Positions 52,997-64,000 of a stretch of DNA of 64,000 nucleotides are shown here, piece after piece (the stretch's first letter is position 1; each line of letters begins with the position of its first letter). The translations under genes and the position numbers were made by a program. The DNA lies in the NCBI RefSeq assembly GCF_006345805.1, contig NC_043020.1:24986001-25050000 (forward strand), in the 5' to 3' direction. The notes beneath the pieces were generated by a model. It was not told the DNA's origin and made no database searches. It saw only the letters and a list, made by a program, of their open reading frames with translations. This DNA comes from Octopus sinensis (lineage: Eukaryota).

Positions 52997-53335
52997 GGTC
53001 GAACGCCACGCATCCTCTTCCAAGTTAGTTTTATCTGAATAATTCTGATCTGCATTCTATACGATATTTTTACTCTTTCGTTTTCCTCTCTTTCTCTCTC
53101 TTAATCTTTTACCTCCCCTTCTCCCACTATTCTTTCCTATTATTCTGTCTCTCTATCTCCCTCACTCCTCCTCCCTTGCTCGCGTGGATCCCACGTGACC
53201 ATCGGCCATCTTCCTTTCTTCTCCTAACTTGTGTTTCTTTCTGTCCGTTGTAGTTACAACAAGGAAGACGTGTCCTTGTTTGTCTCCTGTCCATGCTTGA
53301 CGTACTGGTTCGCCACCGCAACACATTCATCCCAG

Positions 53336-53875
53336 GATTTATTTTTTAAGCCTAGTATTTATTCTATCGGTCTCGTATGCCCAACCGCTAAGTTATGGGA
53401 CCGTAAACACCCCAAAACTGGTTCTCAAGCGGTGATGGGGGAACAAATGCAGATACAGAGACGCACACACATAGATATATACATATATATAAATAAATAT
53501 ATATATATGTATGTAGATAAAACTTACTTGGAAAAGGATGCGTGGCGTTCGATCATATAATAATATAAATAATATGTTATATAAATATATGCATATATAC
53601 ATACATAAATGTACATACCTACATATATATGTATATATACATGCATATATGGGTACAGGATATATATATATATATGGTGTGTGTGTGTGGTGTGTGTGTG
53701 TGTGTGTGAGTGTATACGACGGGCTTCTTTCAATTTTCGTCTATCAAATACACTCAAAGGGATTTGGTCAGCCTGAGACTATAGTAGAAGACACTTGCCC
53801 AAGGTGCCTCACATTGGGACGAATCCTGGGACCATGCGGTTGAGAAGCAAGCTTCTTACCACACAGCTACGTGCG
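53336..53875 (-). mobile_element. SINE family A with expanded internal microsatellite
   Basis: Tail ~53336-53465, head ~53715-53875. Confidence 0.8.
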
Positions 53876-55254
53876 CTCTAATCACTCAATTTTACTTTCA
53901 TTGCGTCTTACAGCAGAAACAGCTGTAAGCTAATGGCATTTATTACATAACAACTTGTTCCCTTGTCATTTATATAATCTCTTATATTGACGTGGATGTT
54001 TGTGTGTGCGTGTGTGTGTCTCTATGCATGTATGTGTAAGCGTGGATGTTTCTGTGCGCGTGTCTATAAGATACACCTAATCGTATGATTTAATCGACAA
54101 TTCACAAAACGAAAGGAGCTCAATATATTTGAAATGCGGATTGTATTTACTTTATTGGGAACAATAGCTTACGGGCAGCAGACTCGTTTCACTATTTACA
54201 CAGTTCTTCAGAGAGAGATATAAGAATTAATTAAGTTTTACTGTTTTTATATTCATGGAAACCGATAGGAAATAAATAGGTTTTAAGATGGCGGAAGGTA
54301 AACAAAAATAGCAATAAATGAAATTTTGGCCAGCGGGAACAGGGAGACAGGAGGGAATATGTGGGAGTTGAAAGGTGAGGGATAAAAGATGGAAAGAAGG
54401 AAAGAGGTAAAAATGAGAAGAATGGAATAATAGAGAAGAAGAATGTTGTTGTGGAAAGTGCGTTGTTGTTGTTGTTGCTGTTGTTGTTGCTGCTGCTGCT
54501 GTTTTTGTTTCAAATCGTTTGTGCTTGTGAAATATCAATCAGATTCCAGTAATATTTAACTAAACATATTCTGCTCGTGAAGCACATACACACGCATATG
54601 TATACGTATATACACACATTTTTATATAAACACATACGCATACATCAAAAACCTAATGTATACATGCATGTATTACATACACAAGTTCATACAACCACAC
54701 ATACACACCTACATAGATGCACGTATAAATACATACATACAATACATACATACAAACATACATACAAACATACATCACACATGCGCACATACAACATCCA
54801 TCCATCTACCCATCCATCTACCCATCTATACATACATACATACATACATACATACATACATACATACATACATACATACATACATACATACATACAAACA
54901 TACATACGAAGACATGTATACAAAAACAGGTGAATCAATGAAGATTTGATTGCGTTTGAAGTGGTCTTTGTTACAACACTGCGCTGCGAGTAGAAATACA
55001 ACCGAGCCGAGGTGAACTTTGCCTTTCTTGGATAAATAAAACAGTTGGGGGTCCGATTGGATGGTTGTGGCATGCTAGTTCGTTGCCTTCTGAGGACAAG
55101 ACTAGACGCGGCATTTGTACCAGGTTTATGGTCGGTTTTATATAGAATATAAGACTCTGTTTCAAATAAAACAAGATACATTTATTGAGACTGAAGGATT
55201 GCTTTGCGACACAAACACGTTATATTGATCTGAACAATTATTGTGTCTCCATGC

Positions 55255-55421
55255 CTTTAAACCATTAGGAGCTAAAGATTGCTTCCCAGTCACACGATTC
55301 CGGGTTCAGTTCCACTGCGTGGAAACTGGACACTTTAAGGAAGTGTCTTCTGCTATAGGCTCGGGCCGGCCAAAATCTTTGTTAGTGGAATTGGCTACGG
55401 AAACTGAAAGAAGCCCGACGT
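55255..55421 (+). mobile_element. SINE family A head (diverged)
   Basis: GGGTTCAGTTCCACTGCGTGG..AAGTGTCTTCTGCTATAG..CGGAAACTGAAAGAAGCCCG. Confidence 0.75.
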
Positions 55422-55444
55422 ATACATATATATATATATACATA

Positions 55445-57653
55445 TCTCCGCGTATAACTGCCCCACCGAGCTTATCTCCAAATATCTCGACCGTGTCCTT
55501 GCACCCCTAGTGGCTTCTCTTCCTTCTCACTTCCATGACACCAACCATGCTCTTCGTCTATTCAACTCTTTCTCCTTCCCTCCTGGCTCCTCCAAACTTC
55601 TCTTTACACTGGACATCCAGAACCTCTACACTGTGATCCCTCACCACGAGGGGCTGCGTGCACTGAAACACTTCCTGGACCTCCGACCCAATCCCCAATC
55701 CGACACCTCCACACTCGTTCGTCTGGCCGAACTTGTCCTCTCACTCAACTGCTTCTCGTTCGCGGGCGAGTTCTACCAGCAGATTTCGGATGTGGCCATG
55801 AGAACGAGAATGGGCCCCAACTATGCGAACCTGTTCGTTGGCTACGTTGAGGCCCAAATATTCTCCAGTTTCACTGGTCCCACTCCCGGACTATATGGCC
55901 GTTATATTGACGACTGTATCGGTGCCACCTCACTCTCCCGCGAAGATCTAGACTCCTTCCTCTCTTTCGTCAAATCTTTCCATCCTGCCCTCAACTTCTC
56001 CTGCACTATCTCTGACACATCTGTCTTCCTTTCTTGACATTTCGGTCAGCATTCATCACTCCACTCTTACCACCTCCATCCACTACAAGCACACAGACTC
56101 ACACTCATACCTAAACTTCTCCTCCGCCCACCCCAAACACACCAAGCTTTCCATCCCCTATTCCCAATTCCTCCGTCTACGCAGGCTCTGTAGTGACGAC
56201 CATGACTTTGAGACTCAGTCTCAACTCATGGCTCGCCACTTCATCCTACGTGGATATCCCCTCACCACTATCCCCACCGCCCTTGCCAGAGCACGTTCCG
56301 TAGACTGTGCACTGCTCTCTCCCCCCGAACCCGCCCTGCAGTCTCCCGCCTCCCGTGTTCCCCTCACCTACCACCCCACCACCCGACCTCTCCAACGCAC
56401 CATTCTCCGAGCTTTCCGGCATCTCCAGTCCGACCCGTCCACTTCACACATCTTCCCTAACCGACCCCTCCCCTCCTTCAAACGAGCCCACAACCTACGA
56501 GACCTCTTGGTCCACAGCTTCTTCCCCAACCCTCTGGCTCGTTCCCCTGCTCCCGCCCACGCTGCCGCACTTGCCCATACCTCTCCAACACCACCCTCCT
56601 CACCGGCACCCATCATCGACCCTATCGCATCATCGACTCCTTCACCTGCACCTCCAGCAATATCATCTATTGCATCTCCTGCTCTCTCTGCCATTCCCTG
56701 TACATCGGACAAACGGGACGCCGCTTGGCAGACCGGTTCGCGGAACACCTCCGAGACAATGACACCCCGGTAATGACACCCAAGTCTCACGCCATTTCCG
56801 CTCCACCGGTCACTCCTTGCAACACCTGTCTGTGTTCGGATTGTCCTTGCACAGAGGCCATCCGGACTCCTATTTGCGCCGTGAACAGGGATTAATCTTC
56901 TCTCTTCGCTCCTTTACGCCATTTGGGCTCAACTCTCCTCCCCTCTTCATCTAACATCCTCCACGACTCTCTTCTCTCTTACTCTTTCATCCTCTCTTTC
57001 TCTCTTTCTCTCTTTCTTTCTTCTCTCCTCACATACCCACCTTCCCCTCCCCCATAAGCCTACCCACCCCTACACATTCCTACTCCACCTTCGCTATCCT
57101 TCCCATCCCCCATCCCATCCTCCCATCCTATACCACACACCCTCTCCCTCAAACCCCAACTCTACCCCAACCTTCAGCCGAACCCACACGCCACCTGTGC
57201 TTTCCCCATTTTCGCCTCCTCCACCTCCCAACAACATCACACCCACCATACAACATTGCGCATCACATCACAACACACCACCCACACACACATCCCCACA
57301 TTTTCGCACCTACACATACATACACTCACACGTCCAGACCACCAGCCCTCTTTTACACGCACATACATACTCTCTTATACACACACGCACCTTCGTGTTG
57401 GGGGTCATCTTTACTTTGTTATCTCCCCTACATTCCTGCTTGTGTGTGACCCTTCTGTCTGAGTCAGTCGCTATGATAGATCGTTAGCCACTACACACAT
57501 TTTTCTCTCCTTGTTTTTTCTGTGTCCCTTTCTGTAGAAGAGCGTAGGCTCGAAACGTAAAGACTTTTTTCTATTCCTGATCGTTATACTAATACATCTG
57601 TTTATTTTGTACACCACCTGTCTTCGTCTTTTGTTTTTTTCGTAAACTCTCCC
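55445..57653 (+). mobile_element. Penelope-like element (Poseidon-type), 5'-truncated: RT plus GIY-YIG plus pLTR
   Basis: LFTLDIQNLYTVIPH, VAMRTRMGPNYANLF, YGRYIDD, HYKHTDSHSYLNFSSAHP, RLRRLCSD. GIY-YIG IYCISCSLCHSLYIGQTGRRLADRFAEH. Frameshifted. Confidence 0.93.
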
Positions 57654-57916
57654 TATATATATAAAAAATAAGCAACAAGAATAACTTCGGTAATTTGGTA
57701 CGATCGTTTCACACTACATCATTTTATTAAATATTTTTAAGTATTACCACAGCTTTAAAATGTTGAGCAATCATCAGCCATTTATAGAAGTTTTCCATTA
57801 ATACATAATTTTCATATCAATTGAGAACATTATAGAGAAGGTAGGTAACTTACTGCATATGTCGGGCATGATTGTCATAAAGTACTACAGCTTTATGTCA
57901 ATATGTTGCGTAGATA

Positions 57917-58275
57917 AGGCGGCGAGCTGGCAGAAACGTTAGCACGCCGGGCGAAATGCGTAGCTGTATTTCGTCTGCCATTACGTTCTGAGTTCAAATT
58001 TCGCCGAGGTCGACTTTGCCTTTCATCCTTTCGGGGTCGATAAATTAAGTATCAGTTAAGCATTGAGGTCGATGTAATCGACTTAATCCGTTTGTCTGTC
58101 CTTGTTTGCCCCCTCTCTGTTTAGCGCCTACTACGTTCTGAGTTCAAATTCCGCCGAGGTTGACTTTGCTTTTCATCCTTTCGGATCGAGAAAATTAAGT
58201 ACCAGTTTTGTACTGGGGTCGATCTAATCGACTGGCCTCCTCCCCAAAAATTTCGGGCCCTTTGCCTAGTGTAGA
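57917..58275 (+). mobile_element. SINE family B, one full copy plus a tandem partial copy
   Basis: GGCGGCGAGCTGGCAGAAACGTTAGCACGCC; ACGTTCTGAGTTCAAATT.CGCCGAGGT occurs twice. Confidence 0.85.
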
Positions 58276-58878
58276 AAAGAATATCTTGCGTAGAGAGACT
58301 GAAAGACCAGTTTTGTTCCGCTGCCTCTACCTCAATACCTTTCCACTTCGCTTTACGGAAGTTGAGACAAGAGAGGAGAGTTGCCTGCATGTTTGTAGTC
58401 TTCTGCTGACCATGCCTTCTTAGTGCTATTAAGTCATGGCCCGGGCAAATGTCGGTGCCACCTTAACATTGAGGACGAGAGCCCCGTTATTTGTGAAGCA
58501 GAGACCCTGGACATTTTCCCCTTGTTGGATGGAACCCTACTTGATCCATAAAGAGCAAAATTTTGAGGTAAGAGATTCTGCTTGCCTCAGGCCATGCGGT
58601 GACGTACCTGGATATATAAAGATACCTGTATACACATACACATGCACACACACAGAAATATATCTATATGTATGCATTCGTATGCATATATGTGGGTGCA
58701 TGTGTCTCTGTGTGTGTATGTGTGTGTCTGTTTGTGTGCGAGTGTGTATTTGTGTGTGCATAAATACATACGTGATTGCATATATATAAATATATCATAC
58801 GAATATCCTGTGAAAGTTTAAGCGTCGTTTTTTCACTGTCTTTATTCTTTAAAATTAACACACACACACACACACAGA

Positions 58879-58936
<58 letters not shown>

Positions 58937-59084
58937 GTATGAGTGTATGTGTGTGTGTGAATACATGTCTGTGTGTACAGAGAGAGAGAGAGAGAGAGAG
59001 AGATCTGTTCATATGTAAGCAGATGTACATGTCAATACATTTTTAGTTATATGTGTATACATACGCATATATAAACAATATATA

Positions 59085-59115
<31 letters not shown>

Positions 59116-59224
59116 GTTTATATATATGCGTATGTATACATGTATGTGTGCATGTATGTGTGGTGTGTATGTATATATATATATATATATACACATTAAT
59201 AAATTATAATATATATATATATAT

Positions 59225-59316
<92 letters not shown>

Positions 59317-59365
59317 GATGTCTATATGGTGTTGCGAGACAGACGAGGTGAGGAGGAGAGAGAGA

Positions 59366-59410
<45 letters not shown>

Positions 59411-59769
59411 GTATTATTTTAGTAGCAAATCCTGAAAGGTTTTAAAACAATTTTCATTAAAGTCTGACTGGTCTGATTAAATTAACTTTGACACAATCTC
59501 TTTATTTTTGTATATTTTCTCAATTTCTTCCGAATAGGTAGCGTTTGACTGAGTACACATGCGTGGATGTGGGAGTGCGAGTGTGTGGGGGTATCTTGAT
59601 GCGCAGAGAGAGAGAGAGAGAAAAAAAAACGAGGGAGAAGAGAGAGAGAGAGAGAGAGAGAGAAATGCATGTATATGCAGGTATGTATGTATATATATAT
59701 GTATATACGTATCAGTATATATATATATATACATATATATTTACCAATGCGTGTGAGTGTGTGTATATG

Positions 59770-59814
<45 letters not shown>

Positions 59815-60125
59815 ATGAATGCGTGTGTGTGAGTGTGTGTTTGCATGTATGTATGTATGTATGTATGTATATGCCTCAGAGGGCGGAGGAACTCTTGAGA
59901 GTCAACGGCCATCCAATAAATGTCTTCAGGCTGTATCATGTGCAGGGACATAGAAATAATCGGACTGAATACCCGATCGCGCGGTAAAACCATTGGGAGT
60001 GAAGGACTCCTGGCCTTTGTTATGGCATCCTTCTAGGAGAAGGTAACTCAGGTAACTGGGATAACTCCGACATAAAACCTGCGGCTCAGTGGTTACCGAT
60101 GATGTTGACTTGCTCTTCTTTTCGG

Positions 60126-60192
<67 letters not shown>

Positions 60193-60355
60193 TGTGTTTG
60201 TATGGTTGTCTATGCATGTGTATATTTACGCATAGATATTAGCTAATGATATTCTACCTTTCGCAAGACAAATAAACACGCACACACTCACACATATACA
60301 CACATACACACACACTCACACAGTGCATGTAAATATGTATACAAAAATCTAGCTG

Positions 60356-60387
<32 letters not shown>

Positions 60388-61109
60388 GTGTGTGTGTGTG
60401 TCTGTGCGCGTGTGTGTATGGCATATCTGGGTGTGTGAGAGAGTGAATATATATATATATATATGTGTGTGTGTGTACAGAGAGAGAGAGTGTGTGCGAG
60501 AGAGATGGATAGATAGATAGATAGATAGATAATTGATAGACATACGTCTAGTGACGCACATATATATATATATGCATACATACATGCATACATAAATACG
60601 TGCATAAATATATATACACACACACACATATATATATATATACACGTGCACACACACACATATACACATGTGCACACAGACACACACACATACAGTTATG
60701 TTGCTATCTTTTCTAGTACTAATTCCTCCACAGCACTTGGTTTTATGTTTACACAGGGGGGAAACCTAAAAGGATACAAAAGTATCTGGCTAAATTACTT
60801 TTAGTATTTCGTTTGTTGCTAGCAAACATGGCTCTGAAAGACATGTCGAAGGTTGTTAGCGTCTAATGGCCGACCTAGCACACGTTTCATGGCCGCCATT
60901 TCACAAACTGCAATGTTCCAACGAAACACTTGTCGTTCGATGATGCTTTTAGCCTCGTACTTGAACACATGTATGTATGTATGTATGTATGTATGTATGT
61001 ATGTATGTATGAATGTATGAATGTCTCTACACACTCACACATCCCCCCACACACACACCCACACGCATACAAGATACAAATGTACTGCAAATATATATAT
61101 ATATGTATA

Positions 61110-61174
<65 letters not shown>

Positions 61175-61255
61175 ATGTGTGTGTGTGTGTGTATAAGTGC
61201 ACCCATGTATCTATACATGTAACCAGGCAGGAAATAAGATACATACATACAGACA

Positions 61256-61296
<41 letters not shown>

Positions 61297-61320
61297 GAAT
61301 GTATGTATGTATGTATGGAT

Positions 61321-61355
<35 letters not shown>

Positions 61356-61761
61356 ATATATAAATATGTATATATATATATATAATGTGTGTGTGTGTGT
61401 GTGTGTTCCTGTCTCTTCGTTTAAAATGGGAAGACATTTTCTAAAACAATCGGTGAATCGTACCAAGTTTCATTTATCTTCAATAACTGCCATGCTGAAT
61501 ACAAGCATGCGCAGAAACGCTTACCTACACTAGACCTATGCATAACCACATACATACTGAAACACACGTCCATAAATATACATATACACATATGTATTTA
61601 CTTCTATATACAAGCACAAGGATATATAATGCTCGTGTAAGTTTGTTATATACCTACACCATGCCTACATAAAAGTGTAGAGATACACCCATGCCTACAT
61701 GTGTAGCACATGCACAGCATACACTTAAAAGCACATGTACACATATGTATTTATGTAGGTG

Positions 61762-61794
<33 letters not shown>

Positions 61795-62520
61795 GAGAGA
61801 GAATTTGAGTGATAGAGAGAGGGGTGTACTCGTCACAAATATAGGCCAGAGGCACATATATGTAAAAATAAATATTTAAACACACATACGCACGCAGACA
61901 CATACTCGCGCGCGCGCGCACACACACGTCCCTGCACTTATTTAGAAACACATAGCTGTTGTACTAAATAAAACTAGGCGTTGAATGCTTGTATTTCATC
62001 ATTATCATCATCATCATCATCAAGTGCATTAAATCCGGTTTTTGTCCCCGTTAACAGGGGTGGCCGGATCTACCTCAATGCCATAGCAACCAAGCTAGGC
62101 AGGTGCAGCCTACCCCAACCTTTGGGCTGGCTGGTGCCCATTCTCCTTTGCTATCTCTTTGCTTTTTTGGAGCTTGATTTTATGCGGAGAGCATGCCCTT
62201 GCTTAACCCCAACCTCAGTTCCCAGCAATGTGGGGGAGACCAAGGCCTCTGCCATGATTTTTCAGAAATGTGGTGGAAATCTAGCTCAGGAAGGCAGGGA
62301 CGCTACTCCCCGAGACCCCTTTCGGAGCCCCACTACCTACATTTATGAATTAATGAACACATGAATATGTAGATATGTATAGATATATGCAAATTAGCAA
62401 GTTAGAAAATCTTTATAAGAGATGAAAGCAGTTGCCGTTCTGAGTAGTAATATTTATCGCCGTGTCACTCATATTCTGTATATTACGAGCGAATTGCTGC
62501 TATCTCTAGTGGACGTGTGT

Positions 62521-62569
62521 CCACCACCGAGGATGAGCACAAAGAAGTCGAAACGATACGGTCTGGTGG
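62521..62569 (+). ncRNA. degenerate hammerhead-like motif
   Basis: CCACCA/UGGUGG helix I, CCGAGGA (U4->C), GAAAC, GUC; helix II not well formed. Confidence 0.35.
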
Positions 62570-62738
62570 TCTCGAAGCTGGAAGATGGTAGGGGTTCACT
62601 CCCTTGCTTGCAATATATATCGGCTGTAGATTGCATCGAATAACCAGCTTGAGGAGGCGCCCTCCTGGTGCATCCTACGAAACAGCTATGTGTAAGTGGT
62701 GATAAACATTACTTCTATATGTGTGTGTGCGTATACGA

Positions 62739-62838
62739 NNNNNNNNNNNNNNNNNNNNNNNNNNNNNNNNNNNNNNNNNNNNNNNNNNNNNNNNNNNNNN
62801 NNNNNNNNNNNNNNNNNNNNNNNNNNNNNNNNNNNNNN
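62739..62838. other. assembly gap (100 N)
   Basis: Run of exactly 100 N. Confidence 0.99.
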
Positions 62839-63399
62839 ATATATATATATACACACAAATATATATATATATATATATAAATATATGTATATATATATAT
62901 ATGTATATATATGTATATATATAGCAACATAATATAAGCTGTGTATGGATAATTATCAACCTGTGTCTGCTTATGTGTATGTGTCTATTTATAAGTGTCC
63001 ATTAGTTCTTCCGATAGCTATATTCCATACCATTTGTCTCAAAATGTATCTTTGATTCTTGCTTTTTTATATTGCTTATTTTGATTGTATGTATGTGTGT
63101 TCTTTCAGAAATTCTATTCTGATTTATTCCACTGTTGGCATTCTCCAAAATGGCAATGTCCTTCTCAAAGAACATTAAGATATAATAATGATTTCTTCTA
63201 TTAATGATTATAATAATAAGAAGAAGAATTACATGAAAACTATATCAATAATAGAAAATGGAATATTAATGAGAATCGTGCATGTGTGTGTGTGTGAGAG
63301 AGAGATAGAGATAGTGTGTGTGAAGATAGATATAGTCGTATATATTTATATATACATACATACATACACAAAGTAAACAGAAAGATAGATAAATCGTTA

Positions 63400-63501
63400 T
63401 ATATATAGATAGACGGAGAGACAGACAGACAGATAGATAGATAGATAGATAGATGATAGATAGATAGATAGATAGACAGATAGATAGATAGATAGATAGA
63501 C

Positions 63502-63575
<74 letters not shown>

Positions 63576-63605
63576 GTAGATAAATAGATAGACAGACAGA
63601 CAGAC
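63400..63605. repeat. (GATA)n/(GACA)n array
   Basis: Directly visible. Confidence 0.95.
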
Positions 63606-64000
63606 AGTGAGAGAGAGGTGTGGGGAGAGGAGGACGAGGAGGGGGAGGAAAAGAAGAGGATAATGAGATAGGCAGAGAGTGAGATAGATAGACATCTGGC
63701 TTTGATAAAAGCCATCGTCTTCCCACCTCTGCTGCCATGTCTACTCGTCATTCTTTTCGGAGGTATTTTGCCAGTCTTTGGTTCATCACAATTCACTGAG
63801 GCATCGACGAAATTCCATCTTTCATTTCAGGAACCTCCTCTCTACTTGGAACGGAATGCACGCCCCAACCTCCTAAGATCCTATCGATATCTTCTACATG
63901 TCAGTCAAATGCTTACTCGTATTTGTTTTTGTTTTTTTATACATTATGTATCTTTTATCTTTTCCTTGACTGAGATTTTGAACTGCGGCCATGCTGGTGC

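Noticed and set aside
59990-60070. HDV-like ribozyme in an RTE-5'UTR-like remnant
   Set aside because: P1/P3-like pairings exist but P1.1, P4 and the J4/2 catalytic C are not identifiable.
62640-62700. TTGAGGA...CGAAACAGCT second hammerhead-like motif
   Set aside because: C3 is altered, and helices I and III cannot be formed convincingly.

Overview
Eukaryotic, AT-rich, non-genic-looking DNA saturated with microsatellites and decayed transposable elements. The repeat types resemble an octopus or other coleoid cephalopod genome; this is an inference and the species cannot be proven from the window. No host protein-coding gene is supportable, and nearly all ORFs in the supplied track are microsatellite artefacts. 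The real coding relics are all retroelements or DNA transposons. They comprise a 5'-truncated RTE LINE (9964-12625), a head-to-tail cluster of R4/Dong-like REL-endonuclease elements in (TAA)n tracts (15312-18557), and a HERO-like REL element (49651-52772). There are also four Penelope-like (PLE, GIY-YIG) pieces, mariner fragments and a MITE, a probable solo LTR, and many copies of three tRNA-type SINE families. The most interesting signal is RNA-level: several sequence-unrelated type I hammerhead ribozyme (HHR) motifs in PLE terminal repeats. One has a fully canonical core inside an ~880-bp fold-back (23974-24050). Two inverted copies carry complementary single lesions (25175-25267 and 27045-27137). 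Two further families have atypical cores. HHRs in PLE termini are established biology; the specific variants, their diversity and their arrangement here are what deserve follow-up. All folds were done by eye and none has been tested.
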